DNA of 64,000 nt, taken from positions 864,001 to 928,000 of the forward strand of contig CBDCSU010000006.1 of NCBI GenBank assembly GCA_965221775.1. The letters are read 5' to 3'. This DNA is from Candidatus Latescibacterota bacterium. Lineage in GTDB: Bacteria > Latescibacterota > UBA2968 > UBA8231. A program made the translations under genes and the position numbers. Shown one piece after another: positions 19,562-28,624 of the stretch. Each line of letters starts with the position of its first letter. Position 1 is the stretch's first letter. Under the pieces are notes generated by a model. It searched no databases, was not told the DNA's origin, and was given only the letters and a program-made list of their open reading frames with translations.

Positions 19562-20310
19562 ATGCGCACCTGCCTCGTTTCCCTCCTGACCTTGGCTCCG
19601 CTCCTGGGCCTCGCCGGCGCCGCCCACGCTCACATCGGCGACCAGATCTACCCATCTTCGAGCTACTCGATGAGGATCTGGACCGGATCGACCTGACCGA
19701 CGGCAGCGTCGAGGACTGGCTTGGCGTCCTCGGCGAGCCCTCGCTGACGCCCGCCGACTTCTACTTTCCGGACCATTACGATCCAAGCAGCGTGGACAAC
19801 CGCTTCTGGCTCGGCTGGCACCCGGCGAAGCGGCACCCTCTGGGTCGCCATGGAGCGCTTCGATGACATCTACCACAACCACTTTGCGGGAGAGGTCAAG
19901 GAGTCGGGGCTCTCAACGATGAACCGCTGGGACTCGTCTTTCACCTTCATGGTCGACGGCGATCACTCCGGCGGACGGCACCTGGCCCTTGAAGAGGAAA
20001 CCAAGCTCCAGAACAACCGCCAAGCCCAGCAGACGAGGCCGCTTCCAGAGCCTCGATACTGTATCCGGGGAAGGTCATCGGCTTCACCATCCACACGACC
20101 GACAACGACGCCACCGAGTACCCCGACGGATTGGGGCCGGCCGACCTTCAATTGCTCGGCGACAGGGGGGAGGCCGTCCGCTTCGCCGATCTCTTCGTCG
20201 ACGGCCTGCTCGTCGGCGCCGGAGAAGACCCCTCCAGCTACGACGACGTCTCCGCCGTGGAGCCGTCCTCCTGGGGGCGGATCAAGGCCGCCCTCCGGGG
20301 GCGTCCCTGA
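19562..20310 (+). pseudogene. Frameshifted, internally deleted paralog of the 17782 secreted protein
   Basis: Same start (MRTCLVSL) and end (SAVEPSSWGRIK). Frame changes near 19652 and 19825, and a deletion near 20030. Confidence 0.75.
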
Positions 20311-20402
20311 GCCATGCCCCGCCCCCGGTTGCTCCCGATCGTCCACCCACCTATACTGAACATTTATTCACCTTCCGGCGCCCGCGCCAAAGACAGCCCC
20401 CC

Positions 20403-21488
20403 ATGCCCGACCCCACCGCCCCCCGGCCTCCCGCCAGGAGGGGCCGCGCCGCCGGCTTCAACACCCCCAACCGCTTCGAGCCCCTGCACCTGGAGCCCGA
20501 CCCGGCCGAGCCCGGGGAGGAGGGCTTCGAGGAGCGGGTCCCCACCCAGTACCTGGTCGACGCCAGCCGCTCGATCCTGGCCGAGAACGACTCGCCGGAC
20601 ATCGGCTTCCGCTTCAGCCTGAACCCCTACCGCGGCTGCGAGCACGGCTGCGTCTACTGCTATGCCCGGCCCAGCCACGAGTACCTGGGGTTCTCGGCGG
20701 GGCTCGACTTCGAGACGAAGATCCTGGTCAAGGAGCAGGCCCCGGAGCTGCTGGAGGCGGCCCTGCGCAAGAGGTCGTGGCAGCCCCAGGTGGTGGCCCT
20801 GTCGGGCAACACCGACTGCTACCAGCCGGTGGAGCGGCGGCTGCAACTCACGCGGCGGTGCCTGGAGGTGTTCCTCAAGTTCCGCAACCCCGTGAGCCTG
20901 ATCACCAAGAACCACCTGGTGACGCGAGACCTCGACATCCTGGGGGAAATGGCGGCCCTCGACCTGGTGCACGTGACCCTGTCGATCACCAGCCTCGACC
21001 GAAGGCTGACGGCGGCCATGGAGCCGCGCACCTCGCGGCCGGAGCGGCGCCTGCAGGCGCTGGACCAACTCTCCGGGGCGGGGGTGCCGGCGGGGGTCAA
21101 CGTGGCGCCCCTGATCCCGGGGCTCAACGACTCGGAGATCCCCGCCATCCTCGAGGCGGCGTCGGCGAGGGGGGCGCGCTGGGCCAACTACATCCTGGTG
21201 CGCCTGCCCGGGGCCGTGCGGCCCCTGTTCCTGGACTGGCTGCAGCGGAACTACCCCGACCGCGCGGACAAGGTGGTGCACCGGCTCGAGGCGGTGCGGG
21301 GGGGACAGCTCTCCGACGCGCGCTACGGCAGCCGCATGCGGGGCGAGGGGGAACTGGCGCGGCTGGTGGCCCGGTTCTTCGAGATCGCCAAGAGGCGGGC
21401 AGGACTGGGCGCCGGGGGGCACGAGTTGGCCGTGCACCGGTTCCGGCGCCAGGGGGAGGATCAGCTGGAGTTGTTCGGGCAGGGGTGA
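20403..21488 (+). CDS. PA0069/Rv2578c-family radical SAM protein
   Basis: NPYRGCEHGCVYCYARPSHEYLG and GLDFETKI. Confidence 0.9.
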   Translation: MPDPTAPRPPARRGRAAGFNTPNRFEPLHLEPDPAEPGEEGFEERVPTQYLVDASRSILAENDSPDIGFRFSLNPYRGCEHGCVYCYARPSHEYLGFSAGLDFETKILVKEQAPELLEAALRKRSWQPQVVALSGNTDCYQPVERRLQLTRRCLEVFLKFRNPVSLITKNHLVTRDLDILGEMAALDLVHVTLSITSLDRRLTAAMEPRTSRPERRLQALDQLSGAGVPAGVNVAPLIPGLNDSEIPAILEAASARGARWANYILVRLPGAVRPLFLDWLQRNYPDRADKVVHRLEAVRGGQLSDARYGSRMRGEGELARLVARFFEIAKRRAGLGAGGHELAVHRFRRQGEDQLELFGQG

Positions 21489-21526
21489 GGGGGGAGCGGC
21501 GGGATCCCCCGAGGGTGCGCCACCGC

Positions 21527-21663
21527 GGGGTGTCACGCATTGGACACACCGGCGACTGCTAGAGCACACACCGGCATCGCCCCCGGTAGCGGGGAGAAGT
21601 CCGCAAGTCCTTGCCCTCCAGCCTGGTGGAGGGCAAAGGGCGGCGCTGGCACGGCGTTTGTAT
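21527..21663 (+). promoter_or_regulatory. Sigma54-type promoter 1 with IHF-like and activator-like sites
   Basis: TGGCACGGCGTTTGTAT at 21647-21663, CCGCAAGTCCTTGCC at 21601, GGGGTGTCAC at 21527. The same arrangement recurs at 24835-24969. Confidence 0.65.
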
Positions 21664-21785
21664 CGGTGCGGCGGCAGAGCCCTCCTCCCACCCCATCCAC
21701 GGGATAGGTCGCCGCCATCGCAGATCCCGGATCAGCTCCCGCCAGGCGATCCCCAGCCTTTGACCGTCCGCGGGCCCCGCGCCCG

Positions 21786-23153
21786 GTGGGGTCCTCCGGT
21801 CCCGCCGTCAGGCGCCGGCCCGAGAGGGCGGCAGACAGCCTTGCGCACGCAGGCCGCGCCCGTCCCCGCCCTTGGGCGCGAGGCATCATCGTTCTCAACG
21901 GCAACTTCGTCCCCGCATCGGCGGCCGGGCCCTTCAAGTACGGAGCGGTGGGCTATGCCCTAAGGGCGGCGGAGGCCCTGCGTCGCCCGGGCCTGCTGGC
22001 GGGGTTCCTCCTCTACCGGCGCGACGAGGGATTGGACCGGCCGCGGCTAGACCCGGTGCCGCTGCTCGGGTATCCGGCCCTCCAGCTCGGCTTTCACTTC
22101 GGCATGGACCGCCAGGTCCTGGGCGCCGCCCTGGAGGCCGCCCGCGCGCGCCTCGGCGGCGGACGGCTCTACTACCAGACCAACGTGCTGCTGCCCTTTC
22201 ACCCGCCCGGGCGGCCCCTCGTCGTCACCCACCACGCGCCCTTCGTCGACCACGTGGTCGAGGTCATGGGGCCGCGCCTGGCGGAGGAAGCCTTCGGCGC
22301 CGGGCGCGAGAAGCTGGAGCACCTGAGGGTCAACCAGCGCCTCGGACTGAAGCACCTGGCCCGCAGCCGCGGTGCCGCCGTCGAGATCTCGTCGATCCAG
22401 GCGGAGTACCTGCGCGCCCACGGCGTGGAGGGCCGGTTCATCCACAGGATCCACCCTCCCCTGGAGTCCGACGCGGTGAACGGCCTCTCCGGGGAGGGGG
22501 CGCGCCTGCGCAGCTTCATCGCCCGGGGCGGCCCCCGTCTGGTCCTGTGCACGGCCTGCTCGCGGCTGGACGCCTTCAAGAACGTCGAGCTCTTCGTGAG
22601 GGCCGCCCTCGGGCTGGCCAGGTCGGGCCTCGACCTGCGCGCGCTGGTCATCGGGGGCCCTCCCGATGATGCGCAGCGGCGGCGGCTGCAGGGGCTGGTG
22701 GACGCCGGCGTGGCGCACCGATTCCGCTTTTCCCCGAGGGTTTCGCGCGACGACCTGGCCCACCTGCTCGACGATCTGGCCGGCCGCGGCCTCTTCGTCT
22801 GTCCCTCGCGCTACGAGACTTGCGGCCTCACCCCCCTGGAGGCGGCGGCCCGCGGGGTCTGCACGCTGGTGGCGGACACGCCCGACAGGGTCGAGGCGGC
22901 CACGCTGGTCCCGCCCGGGCACCGGTTCACCCCGACGGCAGAGGGCCTCGCAGACGCCGTGCGCCGGCTCGCGGGCGACGGGCGGCTCCGGGTCGAGGGC
23001 CGAGTCCTCGACGAAGGCGCACGGGCCGGCAGCCTCGACTTCGACGCGCGCTTCATCGCCGCCTGGCAGCGTGCGACGGCGCCGCGGGGGCCCGGGTGCG
23101 CCGCGGCCGGCGACGGGCGGGAACTCTCCCGCGATCCGGCCCATCCGGCCTGA
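21786..23153 (+). CDS. Glycosyltransferase family 4 (divergent), in candidate RiPP cluster
   Basis: CSRLDAFKNV and PSRYETCGLTPLEAAARG (EX7E). Start uncertain. Confidence 0.75.
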   Translation: MGSSGPAVRRRPERAADSLAHAGRARPRPWARGIIVLNGNFVPASAAGPFKYGAVGYALRAAEALRRPGLLAGFLLYRRDEGLDRPRLDPVPLLGYPALQLGFHFGMDRQVLGAALEAARARLGGGRLYYQTNVLLPFHPPGRPLVVTHHAPFVDHVVEVMGPRLAEEAFGAGREKLEHLRVNQRLGLKHLARSRGAAVEISSIQAEYLRAHGVEGRFIHRIHPPLESDAVNGLSGEGARLRSFIARGGPRLVLCTACSRLDAFKNVELFVRAALGLARSGLDLRALVIGGPPDDAQRRRLQGLVDAGVAHRFRFSPRVSRDDLAHLLDDLAGRGLFVCPSRYETCGLTPLEAAARGVCTLVADTPDRVEAATLVPPGHRFTPTAEGLADAVRRLAGDGRLRVEGRVLDEGARAGSLDFDARFIAAWQRATAPRGPGCAAAGDGRELSRDPAHPA

Positions 23154-23161
23154 GGGTTGCC

Positions 23162-23797
23162 ATGCCCAAGGGCCGTCCGGTCCCGCTCGATCTCTCCTGC
23201 CACTTCAACAACGGCGGCATCGCCGCGGACGGGCGGCCGGCGGAGGGCGGTCTCGACGGCCTGGGCACCGCCTTCCGGGCGCAGAGCCTGCCATCCCCGG
23301 GTGGGACGATCCTCAGCCAGGGGACCCCCTTCCTCTTTCCGGGCGCAACCCCCGGCTCGGAGGACAACATCGCCTGCGAGGCCCAGGTGATCCCCCTGCC
23401 GCCAGGCCCCTGGGGTGCCCTCCACGTCCTGGGCATGTGCGATTGGCGGGCCTTCGAGGAACCCCTCCGGTTGCAGGCCTCCGACGGCACCTTGGCGGAG
23501 ACCCGCCTGGGACTGAGCGACGCGCCGCGCTACGGAGGGCTCCAGTACGGCGAAAGAGCGGCCCTCTCGTGTCCGCTCATGACTCCCGACACGTCGGTCC
23601 CTCTCTCTTCTCTCATCGGCTCCTCGCCGCCCGAAGCCGGATGCGAGACGGAGGAGACGCGTATCGAGGCCGGGATCTGGCACCAGGTGATCGACCTGCC
23701 CGGGCCCCGGCCCCTCACGGCCCTCGTGCTGCCCGACAACCCGTCCATGCACCTCTTCGCCCTCACCCTGGCCGCGGCGGACCCGGCCTCCCCGTGA
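23162..23797 (+). CDS. Hypothetical protein (possible beta-sandwich, carbohydrate-binding-like)
   Basis: LDLSCHFNNGGI...DNIACEAQVIPLP...LPDNPSMHLFALTL. Stop overlaps the start of the BtrH-like gene. Confidence 0.65.
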   Translation: MPKGRPVPLDLSCHFNNGGIAADGRPAEGGLDGLGTAFRAQSLPSPGGTILSQGTPFLFPGATPGSEDNIACEAQVIPLPPGPWGALHVLGMCDWRAFEEPLRLQASDGTLAETRLGLSDAPRYGGLQYGERAALSCPLMTPDTSVPLSSLIGSSPPEAGCETEETRIEAGIWHQVIDLPGPRPLTALVLPDNPSMHLFALTLAAADPASP

Positions 23798-24792
23798 GCA
23801 AGCGGATCCCCGGCATTCCCTTCTGCACCAACCGGCACTACAACTGCGTCTACGTGGTGCTCGACAGTCTGCTGCGCTTCCATGGCCACGAGCCCACCGT
23901 GGCATGCTTTTCCAACTGGGACTTCCTCTACCTCCGGGAGGAGGGACGCTTCGCCATCGACGGCCGCGCAATCCCCCTTCCAACGATGCTCGGCGCCTTC
24001 GGGATCGGCCTCTTCCACCGCGCCGACGCCGACGCCGACGCCGCGTGGAAGGCCGTGAAGTCGCGGCTCGACACCGGTACCCCGGTAGCCGTCAACGTCG
24101 ACGTCTTCGCCCTCGCCCGGGCCGGCCTCTATCCCCGCCTGCGTCACGCCGACCACCAGTACATCGCCGCCGGGTACGACAAGCCGGCGGGCACCGTCCA
24201 CCTGATCGATCCGTCGCCCTGGCAGCCCTCCGCGCGGGACATTCCCCTCGGCCTGTTCCTCGCCTGTTGGGACATGAGCGCCTTCTCCGGGGTGCGCGGC
24301 CGCTACAACTGGACCTGGCTGCGGGCGCCGGCGCACCCCCCTTCCCTGGGCCGCGGCCCCCTTCAGGCCCTCCTGCGCCGCAACCTGCGGAGCATGTCGG
24401 CCCCCGGCGGCCAGGCGGGCCTGGTGACGGGCCTGGAGGGGATCCGGCAGCTCGCCGCCGATGCCGGGGCCTGGGCGGGGCGGGAGGACGCCGACCTGCA
24501 GAGCCATCTGCGGCACTGCGCCCGGCTGCTGCTGGAGATCGCCGTGCTCCGCGAGGGGCACGGCCGCTTCCTGGGGCACGTGGGCCGGCTCTTCGACCAG
24601 CCCCGTCTGGCAGCTCTCGGCGCCGAGTTCGGGACGATCTCCCAGGGCTGGTTCGTGGTGAAGAGCCTGTGCCTCAAGGGGGCCCTCAAGGAGCCGCGGA
24701 GTCTCCTGCCCCGCATCCAGTCCCGGCTCGAGGACATCGAGGCCCGCGAAGGCAAGGCCCTGGCGGGACTGGCGGAGGCCGTGGAATGGTAG
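23794..24792 (+). CDS. BtrH N-terminal-domain protein (papain/C39-like fold)
   Basis: N-terminal Cys (YNC), then PVAVNVDVFAL...H..HQYIAAGYD...VHLIDP, giving a Cys-His-Asp arrangement. Confidence 0.75.
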   Translation: MSKRIPGIPFCTNRHYNCVYVVLDSLLRFHGHEPTVACFSNWDFLYLREEGRFAIDGRAIPLPTMLGAFGIGLFHRADADADAAWKAVKSRLDTGTPVAVNVDVFALARAGLYPRLRHADHQYIAAGYDKPAGTVHLIDPSPWQPSARDIPLGLFLACWDMSAFSGVRGRYNWTWLRAPAHPPSLGRGPLQALLRRNLRSMSAPGGQAGLVTGLEGIRQLAADAGAWAGREDADLQSHLRHCARLLLEIAVLREGHGRFLGHVGRLFDQPRLAALGAEFGTISQGWFVVKSLCLKGALKEPRSLLPRIQSRLEDIEAREGKALAGLAEAVEW

Positions 24793-24834
24793 GGAGGCAG
24801 AGCCGTCCCACGGGGAGCGGGGCCCCCGGCCCCG

Positions 24835-24969
24835 GGGGTGTCACCTCCACGCCGCACCGGTGGCACCCGTCACTCACACCCGGCCGGGCGGCCGGCCCCG
24901 GGGGAGGCCGCAAGTCGTTGCCGCCCAGCACGCGGCGGGGCCGCGGGGGTGGTGGCACGGCGTTTGTAT
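24835..24969 (+). promoter_or_regulatory. Sigma54-type promoter 2 with IHF-like and activator-like sites
   Basis: TGGCACGGCGTTTGTAT at 24953-24969 (identical to promoter 1), CCGCAAGTCGTTGCC at 24908, GGGGTGTCAC at 24835. Confidence 0.65.
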
Positions 24970-25021
24970 GGGAGAAGGCCCAGGGCCACGGCCCACCCCC
25001 TCTCGCCGCGGAGACGCGCTG

Positions 25022-26212
25022 ATGAACATCGCCCTGATCGGTCAGGAGATGCCGCCCCTTTCCGGGGGCCTGGACCGCCACGTTCAGGACTGCGCCGCCG
25101 GACTGTCGCGGCGCGGCTGCGGGGTCCGCGTCCTCTCCATCGTCGGAGAGGGGCGGGGGCTGGCCGGCGACGAGATCCTGCTCCGACCCGGCGGCTCCCC
25201 CATCCAGGTGCACCGGACCTCGGTGCCGGGAGCGGACGACCCCGAGCCGAGGCTCACCGCCGGCGCCTGCCGCGGGCTCGCCCCGCACTGGTGCTCGCTG
25301 CTGGCCGACGCCGACGCGGTCTGCAGCTTCGGAGCCTCTACGGCCCTGGCCGGCGCCGAGATCCGCCGGCGGCTCGGACTCCCCTTCATCGCCGTCCTCC
25401 CCGATCTGCCCTCGCCGTCCGACGCCCGCCTCCGGGAGGTCCTGGGCTGCGGCGCCGATCTCTTCGTCGGCCTCTCGCGCTCCCAGTGCCGCCGCGCCGC
25501 AGAGCGCTTCGGCCTGCCCATGACCCCGGTCCCCCACGGCGTCGACACCGAGCTCTACCGGCCCGTGGCGGGGCCGGCCGCCGAGGCCGCCCTCGACCGC
25601 TACACCGTGCTGGGCGGCATTCCGGGCCCGCTTGTCACAAGCCCCGTGCGCATCGACCCGAGGCAGGGCCTCGAGCCGCTCATCGAGGCCTTCGAGCTGG
25701 TCGTCGCCCTGCGCCCCGACGCCACCCTGCTGATCGCGGGCCACGCCGGCTTCCGCCACCACCTTGTGGGCAACGCCTACGCCGACTACCTGTCCGCCCT
25801 GGTGCAGATGAAGGAGCTGGGCGCCAGGGTGCGCTTCGGCGGGGGCGTGTTCAAGGCCCGCCACATGCCCGCTCTCTACTCGCGCTCGCACCTGTGCGTC
25901 GTGGCCGGCGGGGGCGAGGACTTCGGCGCCGCGCCGGCCGAGTCCCTGGCCTGCGGGACACCGGTGGTGGCCCCCCGCGGCGAGGGCATGGCCGAGGTCC
26001 TGGGCCACGGCACCGGGGGCCTCCTGGTCGACGGCCGGGATCCGGTGAAGGTGGCGCGGGCCATCCTCTCCCTCCTCGACGACGACGCCCTGCGGAACCG
26101 ACTCGGCCGCGGCGGCCGCGAGCACGTGTGCCGCGCCTTCCCGCTGCGGGCGCAGGCCGACCGCTACCTCGAGCTGTTCTCCTCCATCACCGCCGCCCGC
26201 GCCGCCGCCTGA
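25022..26212 (+). CDS. Glycosyltransferase family 4, in candidate RiPP cluster
   Basis: MNIALIG..PPLSGGL, PHGVDTELY, EDFGAAPAESLACGTPVV. Confidence 0.85.
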   Translation: MNIALIGQEMPPLSGGLDRHVQDCAAGLSRRGCGVRVLSIVGEGRGLAGDEILLRPGGSPIQVHRTSVPGADDPEPRLTAGACRGLAPHWCSLLADADAVCSFGASTALAGAEIRRRLGLPFIAVLPDLPSPSDARLREVLGCGADLFVGLSRSQCRRAAERFGLPMTPVPHGVDTELYRPVAGPAAEAALDRYTVLGGIPGPLVTSPVRIDPRQGLEPLIEAFELVVALRPDATLLIAGHAGFRHHLVGNAYADYLSALVQMKELGARVRFGGGVFKARHMPALYSRSHLCVVAGGGEDFGAAPAESLACGTPVVAPRGEGMAEVLGHGTGGLLVDGRDPVKVARAILSLLDDDALRNRLGRGGREHVCRAFPLRAQADRYLELFSSITAARAAA

Positions 26213-26226
26213 GCGCGCCCGAAAGG

Positions 26227-27654
26227 ATGCCCCAAGTGCAGCCGGAGTCCCTGGAATCCATCTGCCTCCCCGACGACGGCACGGCCCTGCTCACGCCGCC
26301 GCCGGGGAGCCTGCTCGAATCGGCCGCGGGGGAATCCCCCTCGATCCGGCAGCGGCTCGAGGACGCCCACCGCGAGCTCGCCGGCGGCGATGCCCGGGAG
26401 GCGGCGGGTTCCTTCCAGGCGGTGCAGGCCCGGTGGCCGCATCCCTTGCCTGCCATGGCCGAAGGCGTCGCCCTCGCCCTGGCGTCGGACTGGCGCGGCG
26501 CCCTGACCCAGCTCTCCGGGAGCGCCGGCCAGCTCGAGGAGCGGGGCCTGCCCGACGCGGCCCTCGGCTGCCGGCTGAACCTGGGGTACGTCCACTACGT
26601 CCTGGGCGACCCCGCCGGCGCCGAGTCCACCCTCGACCAGGCGGTGCAGGCCGCGAGCCTCGCCGGCAAGACCCGGCTGCTGGCCACCGGACTCCACGAG
26701 AAGGCCGCCCTCCGGCTGCGCCACGGCCGTTACGGGGACGCCCGCGAGGAGTGCGAGAGAGCGATGGCGGAATGCCCCGGGGAGGGGGCGGCGCTGGCCC
26801 AGGTCATGTGCACGCAGGCGATTGCCTCCCAGGCCCTCGGAGAACTCCCCCGGGCCGAGGAGGAGTTCAGGGCCTCCCTGTCGCTGGCCTCGGGGGTCTC
26901 GCCCTTCGCGGAGCTGCGGGCCTCCGTCAACCTGGCCGTGCTCTGCCAGCTCACGGCGCGCGGCACGGAAGCCCTGGAGCTGCTCGCCGCGGCCACGGCC
27001 GTCGCCGAGCGCCAGCGGGACGCACGGTTCCTCGCCAAGATGCGGTTCCTGCGGGCCCTGATGGACTTCGGGGAGACCGGGGAGGAGGCCCTGCCGGCCG
27101 CTCTCGCCGAGGTCGAGCAGATGCGCGGCCTCCACTACCGCAAGGGAGAGCTGGACGCCATCCCCATGCTGGTCCCGTGTCTGCTGGAGTGCGGCAAGAA
27201 CCTCGAAGCGGAGACCCTGGCCGCCGCGGCGATGACCACCGCGCAGGAGTGCGGGTACCTGGCCGGGCTCCTCGAGGCGATGTCGTGCGCCGCCCTGGTC
27301 CATCTCGCCGGCGCCGACGCCGAGCGCGCGAAGGAGGCGGCCTGCGGCGTCCTGGAGAAGAGCGAGGCGGCGCAGCTGCCGGTCATCGGCATCAAGGCCC
27401 GCCGGATCCTGTCGGACGTGTCGCTGCAGGAGGGCGAGCCGGAGAGAGCCCTGGAGCACCTTCGGCGGGCGGAGGGAGCCGCCGCGGAGATCGGGGCCCA
27501 GGTCCTGCAGTGCCACCTCATGGAGGCGGCAGCCGCCCTCCTGGAGATCTGCGGCAGGATCGAGGAGGCCGAGGCGGAGAGAGCGGCTGCCCAGGCGCGG
27601 GGCCTCTCCATCGGACTGGGGAGCGCTGCCGCAGTCGGGAGCAGCATCGAATGA
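26227..27654 (+). CDS. TPR/MalT-TPR-like helical repeat protein
   Basis: Ala/Leu-rich helical repeats (LNLGYVHYVLGD, VNLAVLC). Lies immediately upstream of the precursor array. Confidence 0.7.
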   Translation: MPQVQPESLESICLPDDGTALLTPPPGSLLESAAGESPSIRQRLEDAHRELAGGDAREAAGSFQAVQARWPHPLPAMAEGVALALASDWRGALTQLSGSAGQLEERGLPDAALGCRLNLGYVHYVLGDPAGAESTLDQAVQAASLAGKTRLLATGLHEKAALRLRHGRYGDAREECERAMAECPGEGAALAQVMCTQAIASQALGELPRAEEEFRASLSLASGVSPFAELRASVNLAVLCQLTARGTEALELLAAATAVAERQRDARFLAKMRFLRALMDFGETGEEALPAALAEVEQMRGLHYRKGELDAIPMLVPCLLECGKNLEAETLAAAAMTTAQECGYLAGLLEAMSCAALVHLAGADAERAKEAACGVLEKSEAAQLPVIGIKARRILSDVSLQEGEPERALEHLRRAEGAAAEIGAQVLQCHLMEAAAALLEICGRIEEAEAERAAAQARGLSIGLGSAAAVGSSIE

Positions 27655-27703
27655 ACACGGGGGCATCTACGTGGGCGCTGAACTCACCGAAAGGAGATCC
27701 ATC

Positions 27704-27904
27704 ATGAACAGACTCATCAAGCCGCAGAAGCAGTCCTACCAGGGCGAAGACGCCCAGGTGCTCGCCTACTCCGACATCTGCGAGATGGCAGCCGTCCTCT
27801 GCACGGGCGTGACGATCGGCTTGCTGGGCTTCGGCGTTGCGCCGGCCGTGGTCGTGGCGGGCGTGTCGTGCGCCATCCTGGTCCTGATCTGCGGACTCAT
27901 CTGA
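27704..27904 (+). CDS. Putative RiPP/bacteriocin precursor peptide 1 (66 aa)
   Basis: RBS AAGGAG. Leader MNRLIKPQKQSYQGEDAQVLAY, core with C-x6-C...C-x6-C. Confidence 0.85.
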   Translation: MNRLIKPQKQSYQGEDAQVLAYSDICEMAAVLCTGVTIGLLGFGVAPAVVVAGVSCAILVLICGLI

Positions 27905-27968
27905 GTCCTGTACCACAAGGGGGCATCTACGCGGGCGCTACATTCACATTCACCGAAGGAGATCCATC

Positions 27969-28196
27969 ATGAACAGACTCATCAAACCGCAGAAGCAGTC
28001 CTACGAGGGCGAAGACGCCCAGGTCCTGGCCTACTCCCGTCTCAGCGAGATGGCATGGGCCGCCAGCGTCTGCGCGGGCGCCATAGGCGCTGCGGGCTTG
28101 TTGGGCCTCGCCGTGCCGCCTCTCCTGGCGGCGGTGGGCGTGTCGTGTTTCATCCACTACGTCGTCTACTCGGCGGGCAGCAGGGGTTACCTCTGA
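27969..28196 (+). CDS. Putative RiPP/bacteriocin precursor peptide 2 (75 aa)
   Basis: RBS AAGGAG. Leader MNRLIKPQKQSYEGEDAQVLAY, hydrophobic core with 2 Cys. Confidence 0.85.
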   Translation: MNRLIKPQKQSYEGEDAQVLAYSRLSEMAWAASVCAGAIGAAGLLGLAVPPLLAAVGVSCFIHYVVYSAGSRGYL

Positions 28197-28331
28197 TCCT
28201 TCACCCCTGCATTGGCCCCACCCAATCGCGGCGTCGATAGGGCGCCGCAGTACTCACTGAGCCATCAAACCCCTTAGCGCCCCGTAGATGCCCCCATGGC
28301 TGGCGCCACATTTCCCGGAAGGAGATCCACC

Positions 28332-28547
28332 ATGAACAAGCTCGTCAAGCCGCAGAAGCAGTCCTACACCGGCGAGGACTCCCAGGTCCTTGCCTATTCC
28401 GATACCTGCGAGATGACATGGGCCACCGCCATCTGCACGGCCCGGCCCTGGTTTGGCCTCGGCCGGAGTCCTTTCATCGCCGCGACGGGAGTGACGTGCC
28501 TCCTTTTCTCCACAGTCTGTTCGGCGGTGCGCAACGCTTACATCTGA
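28332..28547 (+). CDS. Putative RiPP/bacteriocin precursor peptide 3 (71 aa)
   Basis: RBS AAGGAG. Leader MNKLVKPQKQSYTGEDSQVLAY, core with C-x8-C...C-x6-C. Confidence 0.85.
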   Translation: MNKLVKPQKQSYTGEDSQVLAYSDTCEMTWATAICTARPWFGLGRSPFIAATGVTCLLFSTVCSAVRNAYI

Positions 28548-28624
28548 TCCTGTCACCCCATCAAACCCCTTCAGCGCCCAGGGGCATCTACGAGGGCGCT
28601 ACACTCACCGGAAGGAGATCCGTC

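Noticed and set aside
20403-21488. Radical SAM gene as the maturase of the RiPP cluster
   Set aside because: It is PA0069/SPL-like, has no RRE or SPASM Cys cluster, and lies upstream of the first cluster promoter.
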